Shown here in pieces: positions 21,551-28,122 of a DNA stretch of 35,216 nucleotides. The notes under the pieces were generated by a model that was not told where the DNA came from, searched no databases, and was given only the letters and a program-made list of their open reading frames with translations. The stretch comes from a virus. The stretch lies in IMG/VR virus record IMGVR_UViG_3300033109_000080, one strand, 5' to 3'. Position numbers and translations under genes: made by a program. The stretch's first letter is position 1. Each line of letters opens with the position of its first letter.

Positions 21551-21918
21551 GCCGCCCCGACTTCTTCAACGCGCTCGCGCAGAACCTCGGCGCGCCGGCT
21601 GGGTGGCAGTGGCGCAAGCTCGAGGCGCTCGGTGACGAGCCTGCGGCGGAGCGTGACCGCGCCCGGCAGTTCAGCCAGATGACCGGCTACGTCCACAGCG
21701 GCGCGACCTTCAAGAGCGGCCCGAGGAAGGGCCAGCAGAAGCCGAACAGCCCGGCGCGAGGGACGGAGCGCACGTACGTGTTCCGGATGTCGGAGATCGA
21801 CGCGCTCGCCGCGGCATGGGAGCTGGAAACCGGCCTGTGCTCGCGCTGCGAGGACGGGCGGTTCGGCACGTCGACCTGTCCTGGATGCAACGGCACCGGA
21901 AAGGCGGCCAGGCGATGA
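21547..21918 (+). CDS. Hypothetical protein with a C-terminal DnaJ-like zinc finger (CSRC...CPGCNGTG)
   Basis: GTGA overlap at 21547. CxxC..G...CxGCxGxG is near the C-terminus. Confidence 0.55.
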   Translation: MSRPDFFNALAQNLGAPAGWQWRKLEALGDEPAAERDRARQFSQMTGYVHSGATFKSGPRKGQQKPNSPARGTERTYVFRMSEIDALAAAWELETGLCSRCEDGRFGTSTCPGCNGTGKAARR

Positions 21919-22349
21919 AGGTCAAGCTCTCTGCGTACGAGCGAGCAGTGAATGCGCTGATGCGCACCGACTCTCGGCTGTCGGCGGAGCTCGAGGCGGC
22001 GATCCGGGCCGACATAAAGCGAGATCTGGCCCGGTTCGACTTCGTCGGGCACCTCCACCGTCAGCGCGACTTCAGCGAGCGCACCTTCGGCCCGGGCGAG
22101 CGGTCGGCCGGCGTCATCGACCACATCGAGAAGGAGCTCCGCGAGCTGCGCGAGGCGCCACTCGATCTCGAGGAGTGGATCGACGTCGTCATTCTCGCGC
22201 TCGACGGCGCCTGGCGGGCGGGCCACAGCCCGGAAGAGATCGTCGCGGCGCTGGTCGCGAAGCAGACGAAGAACGAGCGGCGCACCTGGCCTGATTGGCG
22301 CACCGCGGAGCCCGGCAAGTCCATCGAGCACGTTCGAGGTGGCCCGTGA
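21915..22349 (+). CDS. MazG-like dATP/dGTP pyrophosphohydrolase (DUF550-type)
   Basis: RDFSERTFGPGERSAGVIDHIEKELRELREAPLDLEEWIDVVILALDGAWRAGHSPEEIVAALVAKQTKNERRTWPDW matches the DUF550/MazG-like core as I remember it. Confidence 0.7.
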   Translation: MKVKLSAYERAVNALMRTDSRLSAELEAAIRADIKRDLARFDFVGHLHRQRDFSERTFGPGERSAGVIDHIEKELRELREAPLDLEEWIDVVILALDGAWRAGHSPEEIVAALVAKQTKNERRTWPDWRTAEPGKSIEHVRGGP

Positions 22350-22714
22350 GCGACCTCGCCCGCCTGGTGTTGACCGTCGACGAGAACCTCGCCGAGGACA
22401 CGGCCGAGGTCGGCGAGGTGCTGGTCAACGCCGACGACTGGCGGGAGCTCGTCACTCTCGCCCTCGTCGAGCTCGGGCTCGACAAGAAGGTCGTCGCTGC
22501 GGCGCCGAGCGCGAAGGTGCCCGGGCATGCCTCCTGGTGTGGGCTCGAGAAGCCCCACGCCGGCGAGTGCCAGATGGCGGCCACCGTGCGCTCTCAGCTC
22601 GACAACAAGAAGGCCTCTACGTCGCGCGCCCGCCAGCGCAGCGGCTCCAGACCCCGGGCGAGTCCCCCCCGATCCCGCCCGGGGTCTGATGTTCCACCGG
22701 AGGGCGCGGCGTGA
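22346..22714 (+). CDS. Hypothetical protein (122 aa) with a basic, low-complexity C-terminus
   Basis: GTGA overlaps at both ends. Confidence 0.5.
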   Translation: MSDLARLVLTVDENLAEDTAEVGEVLVNADDWRELVTLALVELGLDKKVVAAAPSAKVPGHASWCGLEKPHAGECQMAATVRSQLDNKKASTSRARQRSGSRPRASPPRSRPGSDVPPEGAA

Positions 22715-23058
22715 CTCTCCCTGCCCGCCTCCGCCAGGCGTCCCGCGAGCTCGCCGAGCTGGCCGACGATCTCGAGCGTCAGCTCGTCGAGCGGCGCGCT
22801 CCGGTCGCCACCACCTACGTCGCCGGCGCCGAGGTCTCGGTCGACGAGCTCGAGCTCACCGTTCGTGCCGCGAACATCCTGCAGGCGAACAGCATCCGCA
22901 CGGCGCAGCTCTGCGCCATGCGGCCGGGAGACGTCCTGCGGCTGGGGCGGGCGGGGCCGAAGGTCCTCGAGTCCGTGGAGCACGCCCTCGCGCGGCGAGG
23001 CCTCAAGTTGCGCCCGCGCCTCGGGCGGCCGCCGATGGGTGTCGAGGGGCTCCGGTGA
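22711..23058 (+). CDS. Stand-alone RNA polymerase alpha-subunit C-terminal-domain (alpha-CTD)-like protein with an N-terminal coiled coil
   Basis: VDELELTVRAANILQANSIRTAQLCAMRPGDVLRLGRAGPKVLESVEHALARRGLKL aligns by eye with E. coli alpha-CTD [58 protein letters not shown]. The Arg equivalent to R265 is included. Confidence 0.8.
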   Translation: MTLPARLRQASRELAELADDLERQLVERRAPVATTYVAGAEVSVDELELTVRAANILQANSIRTAQLCAMRPGDVLRLGRAGPKVLESVEHALARRGLKLRPRLGRPPMGVEGLR

Positions 23059-23450
23059 GCGCGCGCACTCGCTTCCAGCCGTGGTTCGCCCGCTCCTTCG
23101 ATGAGCGGTGCGCCGACAGGCCGACGAGGCGGCCGCGGGCCCACGAGCTGAAGTGCTGGCCCACGGCCTTCGAGGACGTGACTCAGGGCCGCAAGCACTA
23201 CGAGGTGCGGTGGGATGATCGCGGCTTCGAGGTGGGCGACTCGCTCATCCTCCGGGAGTGGAGTCCCTACAGCTCCTCTCTGGCCGTGCGCCCGTTCGAC
23301 GGCTTCACCGGCCGGGAGGCGTGGTTCGAGGTGGTCCACAAGACCGAAGGCGGCATGTGGGGTCTGCCCGAGGGACTCTGCGTGCTCGGCATCCGGCGCC
23401 ACGCGACGGCGCTGATTGCTTTGCCGTTGCGCCCGAGGAGTGCTGTGTAG
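23055..23450 (+). CDS. ASCH-fold protein (DUF3850-like)
   Basis: HELKCWPTAFEDVTQGRKHYEVRWDDRGFEVGDSLILREW is the DUF3850/ASCH signature (HeLK..p..F..v..G.K..E.R.nDR.f.vGD.l.L.E). Confidence 0.72.
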   Translation: MSARTRFQPWFARSFDERCADRPTRRPRAHELKCWPTAFEDVTQGRKHYEVRWDDRGFEVGDSLILREWSPYSSSLAVRPFDGFTGREAWFEVVHKTEGGMWGLPEGLCVLGIRRHATALIALPLRPRSAV

Positions 23451-24776
23451 ATGGCCCGCCTCTTCCATCGACCGGGTGACTCCACCTGGTGGCTCGACTT
23501 CACCGACGCGGCCGGGCGTCGGCGTCGCGTGAAGACGGACACCACTTCGAGGCGGGCCGCGGAAGATCTCCTCGCGGAGCTCCGCGCCAACCGCCGGCGG
23601 GAGTCCCTCGGCCTCGAGGCGACCACCAGCTCAGCGATCTCCACCGTCGCCCAGGCCTGGCGCCTCTGGCTCGAGCGGTGGTGCCCCGAGGCGTCCGCGC
23701 CCCGGGAGTGGCGCAGGTACCGGGCGAACATCGAGAAGTCCTGGTTCGGCCAGGAGCGCCTGACGCGCCTCACCGGTGAGCAGCTCGAGCGGTGGTTCGG
23801 CGAGAAGGTGAAGGCCGGCCAGGCGCCCCGCACCGTCAACGGCCACCGCACCATCCTGCGCCGGGTCGTCAACTGCCTCATCCAACGCCGGCTCTTCCGC
23901 GGCCTCAACCCGGTGCGCGAGACGAGGCCCCTGCAGGTCCCTGAGTACGCCTACCAGGTGCTCACCGAGGACGAGCTCCACCGCGTGCTGCCGCACCTGC
24001 CGGGCGAGTGGCGCGACGTCGTCGAGCTCGCCTTCACCGCGGGCCTGCGGCGAGGGGAGATCTACGCCCTCCGGAAGGACCGCGCCGTTCTGGACCTCGA
24101 GCGCGGCATCCTCACCCCGCGCGCGAGCAACGCCCGGCCGATGCCCAAAGGCCGCCGAATCCTCTCCATCCCCCTGACACCGGAGTCGCGGTCCGTGCTC
24201 GAGCGCGCCTGGGAGCGGACGCGTCCGGGCGAGCTGCTCTTCCCGGGCGTCGACGGGCAACTCCGGAGCGAGAACCTGAGGCCCTCGGAAGCCCTCAGGA
24301 GCGCGATGGGCCGCGCGGGGCTGGTCGAGGGCTGGCTGCACACCTGTCGGTGGCGCTGTGGGGTTCAGCAGCGTCACGATGACGAGCAGCAGCGTCGGTG
24401 CCCGAAGTGCGGGCGGCTGCTCTGGCCGAAGGCGCTCGTGCGGCGGGTGCGGTTCCACGACTTGAGGCACTCGACGGCCAACCACCTCCTCGACCGCGGG
24501 GTGCCGCTCGAGGACGTGCAGCTCTACTTGCGGCACTCCACCATCGCGATCACCGCCCACACCTACCGGCACCGCACCGTCGAGGCCCTGCGCAAGGCGG
24601 TCACCTCGCTGAGCCCTGAGCAGCTCGAGCGGCACCTCGACTCGCTCGCGCGCGGGCAGCCGGCGCACGTCCAGGCGCTCCTCCGAGAAACCGCCGCGAA
24701 ACTGGCACTTTTCAGGCACCAGCCCCTTGCACGAGGGGCCCTCAAACCAGCCAAATCCAACCGAAAGGCGAGGTAG
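23451..24776 (+). CDS. int: Tyrosine recombinase / phage integrase with an inserted CxxxC...CxxC zinc ribbon
   Basis: Catalytic signature AFTAGLRRGEI (Arg), FHDLRHSTAN (H-x-x-R), LRHS and AHTYRH (Tyr). The insertion is CRWRCGVQQRHDDEQQRRCPKCG. Lies adjacent to a tRNA-like sequence. Confidence 0.92.
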   Translation: MARLFHRPGDSTWWLDFTDAAGRRRRVKTDTTSRRAAEDLLAELRANRRRESLGLEATTSSAISTVAQAWRLWLERWCPEASAPREWRRYRANIEKSWFGQERLTRLTGEQLERWFGEKVKAGQAPRTVNGHRTILRRVVNCLIQRRLFRGLNPVRETRPLQVPEYAYQVLTEDELHRVLPHLPGEWRDVVELAFTAGLRRGEIYALRKDRAVLDLERGILTPRASNARPMPKGRRILSIPLTPESRSVLERAWERTRPGELLFPGVDGQLRSENLRPSEALRSAMGRAGLVEGWLHTCRWRCGVQQRHDDEQQRRCPKCGRLLWPKALVRRVRFHDLRHSTANHLLDRGVPLEDVQLYLRHSTIAITAHTYRHRTVEALRKAVTSLSPEQLERHLDSLARGQPAHVQALLRETAAKLALFRHQPLARGALKPAKSNRKAR

Positions 24777-24787
24777 AGTCGATGGAT

Positions 24788-24846
24788 GCACGAGTGGCGG
24801 AACTGGCAGACGCAGCGGACTTAAAATCCGCCGCACCGCAGTGTGC
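24788..24846 (+). other. tRNA-Leu(UAA)-like 5' two-thirds (acceptor 5' strand, D arm, anticodon arm, variable arm); no T arm or matching 3' acceptor strand; candidate attP core
   Basis: GCACGAG TG GCGGAACTGGCAGACGC A GCGGA CTTAAAA TCCGC C GCAC CGCAGT GTGC. The D loop has A14, G18 and G19. The anticodon stem is perfect and the loop is C-U-UAA-A-A. Downstream sequence does not fold into a T arm, and CTCGTGC is absent. Begins 12 nt after the int stop. Confidence 0.7.
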
Positions 24847-24955
24847 AGGGCACTGCGCGCGTGTTCACAGACGTGCAACTACGCGCACTGACGGCGGAAT
24901 CTTCAGGGCTCGTCGGTCACCGAAGTGCACCGAGGTCAGGGCCGCGCCCGCAAAG

Positions 24956-24973
24956 TGGCACCAGGTTGGCACC
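24956..24973 (+). promoter_or_regulatory. Direct repeat TGGCACC-N4-TGGCACC, also readable as a sigma54-like -24/-12 element (TGGCAC-N5-TGGCA)
   Basis: Read directly. The GG/GC spacing is correct for sigma54, with one mismatch in the -12 box. Lies 15-30 nt upstream of the GTG at 24988. Could instead be recombinase arm-type sites. Confidence 0.3.
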
Positions 24974-24987
24974 GCTTCGGGGGCTCC

Positions 24988-25566
24988 GTGAGCCAGGCCT
25001 TCGCGGACCGGCTCAAGAAGTTCCCGCCGATGGGATGGCGGGTCCGAAAGCTCGTGCCGGGAGATCAGCCGCAGCTCGATGTCTCGAAAGGCGGACCGGC
25101 GGTGCTCGAGATCGACGGGATCGGCCTGGCGATTGGCGCGCACGATGCCTTGCTCTCGCTGATCGGCACCTGGGAGTGCTTCCGCGTCCTCGGCTGCATG
25201 CGCGATCTGATGATGGAGGCTCGTACCGTCGGGCGGTCGGAAGAGGTCCATGCGTTGCTGCTCGCGCTGATCACGAGCGGCTGCGAGGAGGCTGACCGGG
25301 CAATCCGTGAGGTGGAGGCCGGCATGCGTGCGGAGGAGTCGCGCGCGAAGGGCGAGGGCACGGCGAACTTCCCATGGGCGCTCTACGATCCGAAGGGCCG
25401 CATGCACTGCGCCGGCGCCGAGGACGGTGAGCCGACCTACGGCATGGCGTGGAGCGACTGTCTGGCGGCGATGCGGCTGGTCGCGCTCCGCGGCGCCAAG
25501 TCGATCGCGCGCATGGACGCGCTCGAGCGCAAGCGGCCCTCCGAGATCCGCTGGAGGGCCGCGTGA
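24988..25566 (+). CDS. Hypothetical protein (192 aa), first gene downstream of the putative attP
   Basis: GGGGG precedes the GTG at 24988, which is in frame with ORF 24925..25566. Lower GC than the structural genes. No motif recognised. Confidence 0.5.
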   Translation: MSQAFADRLKKFPPMGWRVRKLVPGDQPQLDVSKGGPAVLEIDGIGLAIGAHDALLSLIGTWECFRVLGCMRDLMMEARTVGRSEEVHALLLALITSGCEEADRAIREVEAGMRAEESRAKGEGTANFPWALYDPKGRMHCAGAEDGEPTYGMAWSDCLAAMRLVALRGAKSIARMDALERKRPSEIRWRAA

Positions 25567-27086
25567 CCAGGCTCCTCAGCGTCGACCTCTTCGCAGGAGG
25601 CGGCGGGGCCTCGCTGGGAATGAGCGAGGCCCTCGGCTCTCCGGTCGATGTCGCGATCAACCACTCGCGGACCGCGATCGCGGTCCATCGCGCCAACCAC
25701 CCGCAGACGAGGCACCTGACCACCGACATCTTCTCACCGGAAGCCAGGCCCAGCCTGGTGATCGGGAATCGCCGAGTGGGAGATCTCTGGGCGAGCCCCG
25801 ACTGCACCGATCACTCCAACGCGAAGGGAGGCGTGCCGAACCGAGAGGAGGGAAAGGACACCAGGTTCCTCGCGTGGGTCGTGGTCGACTGGGCGCGCGA
25901 GGTGCGGCCCGAGCGGATCTACCTCGAGAACGTGCCCGAGTTCGAGAAGTGGGGGCCGATCATCGAAGTGCAGGGCAAGCGCCGCCGCGATCCGGCCCGA
26001 CTGGGCCAGACCTTCAGGCAGTTCGTCGGCTCGCTCGAGCTGCTCGGCTACCAGGTGGAATGGCGCACGCTGACCGCCTGCGACTACGGCGCGCCGACGA
26101 AGCGGCGTCGGCTCTTCTTGATCGCCAGGTGCGACGGGCTGCCGATCCGGTGGCCCGAGCCAACACACGGGCCCGGCTTGTTGCCGTACCGGACGGCGGC
26201 CGAATGCATCGACTGGAGTATTCCCTGCCGCTCCATCTTCGGGCGGCGGCGGCCGCTCGCCGAGAAGACGATGTGGAGGATCGCGCAAGGGCTCCGTCGA
26301 TTCGTCTTCGAGAACCCAGAGCCCTTCATCATCCAGGTGAACCACGGCCGCTGGGAAGATCGCAGCGCGTCGATGCACCAGCCGCTCTCGACGGTCACCG
26401 CCAGTCGTCGAGGGCACGCCCTCGTCGCCCCCGTCCTGATTCACAGCGGGAATGGCGAGCGCACGGGCCAGCGCGCTCGGACGTACGACCTGCACGAGCC
26501 TCTCGGGACGGTGATGGCCACCGGCCAGAAACACGCCTTGGTGATGGCGTTCCTGGCGAAGCACTTCGGCGGAGTGGTGGGACAGGAGCTGCCCAGGCCG
26601 ATGGGCACGGTGACGGCACGCGACCACCACAGCCTCGCCGCGGTGACGCTGGTGAACTACCGCGGCACGGACGAAGAGCACCCGGGGTGCTCGGACGTCG
26701 GGGGGCCCCTGCCAACGATCACCGCGCGCGGCACCCATGTCGCCGAGGTTCGCGCCTTCCTCACCGCCTACTACGGCGAGGATCACGCGCCCGGGTGTGG
26801 GCAGCCCCTCACTGCGCCGATGCGGACGCTCACCGCTCGGCAGCGGTTGGGCCTGGTGACCGTCGACGGGATCGACAAGCAGATCTGCGACATCGGTCTC
26901 CGCATGCTGCGCGCGCACGAACTCAAGGCGGCGCAGTTCGGGCGCTTCGCCGCTGCCTACGACCTGAGCGCAGCGCGGACTCAGGAGGCCCAGGTGATGC
27001 TGATCGGGAACAGCGTTCCGCCCGAGGTCGCCCAAGCCGTCGTCAGGGCGAACACCTGCGGCCAGAGAACTCGGAGGGCTGCGTGA
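25563..27086 (+). CDS. DNA (cytosine-5)-methyltransferase
   Basis: Motif I DLFAGGGGASLG, motif IV SPDCTDHSNA (PC-type catalytic Cys), motif VI ENVPEF, motif VIII DYGAPTKRRRLFLIA, motif X LIGNSVPP. GTG at 25563 (GTGA overlap). Confidence 0.9.
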   Translation: MTRLLSVDLFAGGGGASLGMSEALGSPVDVAINHSRTAIAVHRANHPQTRHLTTDIFSPEARPSLVIGNRRVGDLWASPDCTDHSNAKGGVPNREEGKDTRFLAWVVVDWAREVRPERIYLENVPEFEKWGPIIEVQGKRRRDPARLGQTFRQFVGSLELLGYQVEWRTLTACDYGAPTKRRRLFLIARCDGLPIRWPEPTHGPGLLPYRTAAECIDWSIPCRSIFGRRRPLAEKTMWRIAQGLRRFVFENPEPFIIQVNHGRWEDRSASMHQPLSTVTASRRGHALVAPVLIHSGNGERTGQRARTYDLHEPLGTVMATGQKHALVMAFLAKHFGGVVGQELPRPMGTVTARDHHSLAAVTLVNYRGTDEEHPGCSDVGGPLPTITARGTHVAEVRAFLTAYYGEDHAPGCGQPLTAPMRTLTARQRLGLVTVDGIDKQICDIGLRMLRAHELKAAQFGRFAAAYDLSAARTQEAQVMLIGNSVPPEVAQAVVRANTCGQRTRRAA

Positions 27087-27736
27087 GCGCCGCCCCTCCG
27101 CTCTCGCGGCATGAGGCTCTGCGAGCGCTCCTCTCCGACGGTCTGCCACATACTCAGGCCGAGCTGCGGGCCGTCGCTGGCTGGCGCTACGGCGCGCGCG
27201 TCCAGGAACTGCGCGAGCAAGGCCTCGACGTGCGCTGTGAGCGCGTCGCGGGCAGCACCAACGCCTTCCTCTTCCGGCTCGCCTCTGGCGGGCCTTCGGC
27301 GTCGCCCCGCGAGTCCCCCTGCGCGGCCGGCGACGCCATTTCTACGATGAGCGCGGCGGGGACGCTGATACCCGCCCGGGGTGAGGAGGTCGCTTCTCCT
27401 GTCGTCTCCCCGGCCTTGGCTGGCACCACTGAGGAGCAGGTTGGATTCCCGCCGCTCGTCTCTTTGCCCGCGGTGCCCGACCTGCCCTCGCCGTGGGATG
27501 CGGTGTTCGCCGGCCGGGCCTACGCCGGCTCGGACGTGCGGCACACGACCTCAAGCCGCCGTCCGGGCGTCGATGTCGTCGGGACCGTGCGCCGGCGGCG
27601 CCGGCAGCTCGAGCGATGCCCAGCGTGCGGCGGGTTGACTTACCCGCTCGACGGAGCACCGCACGCGGTCCGTTGGACCGAGCGCGGCGGACAGCACGTG
27701 CGCGTCGACTGCATCGGGCGTGAGGTGCGTCGATGA
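27083..27736 (+). CDS. Hypothetical protein: N-terminal winged-helix-like segment, C-terminal CxxC zinc ribbon
   Basis: GTGA overlap. LPHTQAELRAVAGWRYGARVQELREQGLDV resembles wHTH modules. RCPACGGLTYPLDG lies near the C-terminus. Confidence 0.5.
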   Translation: MSAAPPLSRHEALRALLSDGLPHTQAELRAVAGWRYGARVQELREQGLDVRCERVAGSTNAFLFRLASGGPSASPRESPCAAGDAISTMSAAGTLIPARGEEVASPVVSPALAGTTEEQVGFPPLVSLPAVPDLPSPWDAVFAGRAYAGSDVRHTTSSRRPGVDVVGTVRRRRRQLERCPACGGLTYPLDGAPHAVRWTERGGQHVRVDCIGREVRR

Positions 27737-28122
27737 CGCCGCGGCAGGAGCAGCTGATCCCCATGTGGCACTTGCCCGCCATCTCCATAAGGCGAGCTCC
27801 GCCGACCGGCCCACACGAAACGATGGTGACGGCGTGCGGTCACCGAGGACCCATTCGAGCCCGGGAAGACGTCGGAACTCGGCCCGCGCAAGGGACGCTG
27901 ATCGCCGTGGAGGAGATGGTCTGCGAGACATGCCTGGTGATGTGGGACCAAGCAGAGGAAACAGGGAAGTTCTTGCTGCGTTGGGTCAGCGACTTCACGC
28001 CGGAGTGGCGCGGACCGGGCGCCATCCTCTTCGCTCAACAGCCACACGTACTCTGCGTGAAGTGCAACCGCGGCTATGAGCGCCGCGGGTATCGGCCCGT
28101 CGCCGTGGTGGTGCGTCCTTGA
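27733..28122 (+). CDS. Hypothetical Cys-rich protein (129 aa), lower GC
   Basis: ATGA overlap. Contains CETC...CVKC pairs. Codon usage is less GC-biased than in the neighbouring genes. Confidence 0.5.
   Translation: MTPRQEQLIPMWHLPAISIRRAPPTGPHETMVTACGHRGPIRAREDVGTRPAQGTLIAVEEMVCETCLVMWDQAEETGKFLLRWVSDFTPEWRGPGAILFAQQPHVLCVKCNRGYERRGYRPVAVVVRP

Noticed and set aside
22661-22668. The C7 run (22664-22670 region) as a second frameshift or phase-variation site.
   Set aside because: The ORF 22346..22714 reads through it without interruption and ends in a GTGA overlap with the next gene. The alternative frames give only low-complexity sequence.
24788-24877. A complete, functional tRNA-Leu gene.
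   Set aside because: I could not build a cloverleaf. No 5-bp T stem with a 7-nt TTCRANN loop is compatible with any 3' acceptor strand. Only 5 of 7 acceptor pairs can be formed (24872-24876), and then no room is left for a T arm. It needs tRNAscan-SE to be certain.
24931-24938. GAGGTCAG words near attP (24931) and in the lipoprotein gene (19411) as extra copies of the ori iteron.
   Set aside because: These are single 8-mer matches. At this genome size and base composition they are expected by chance, and they have no tandem arrangement.
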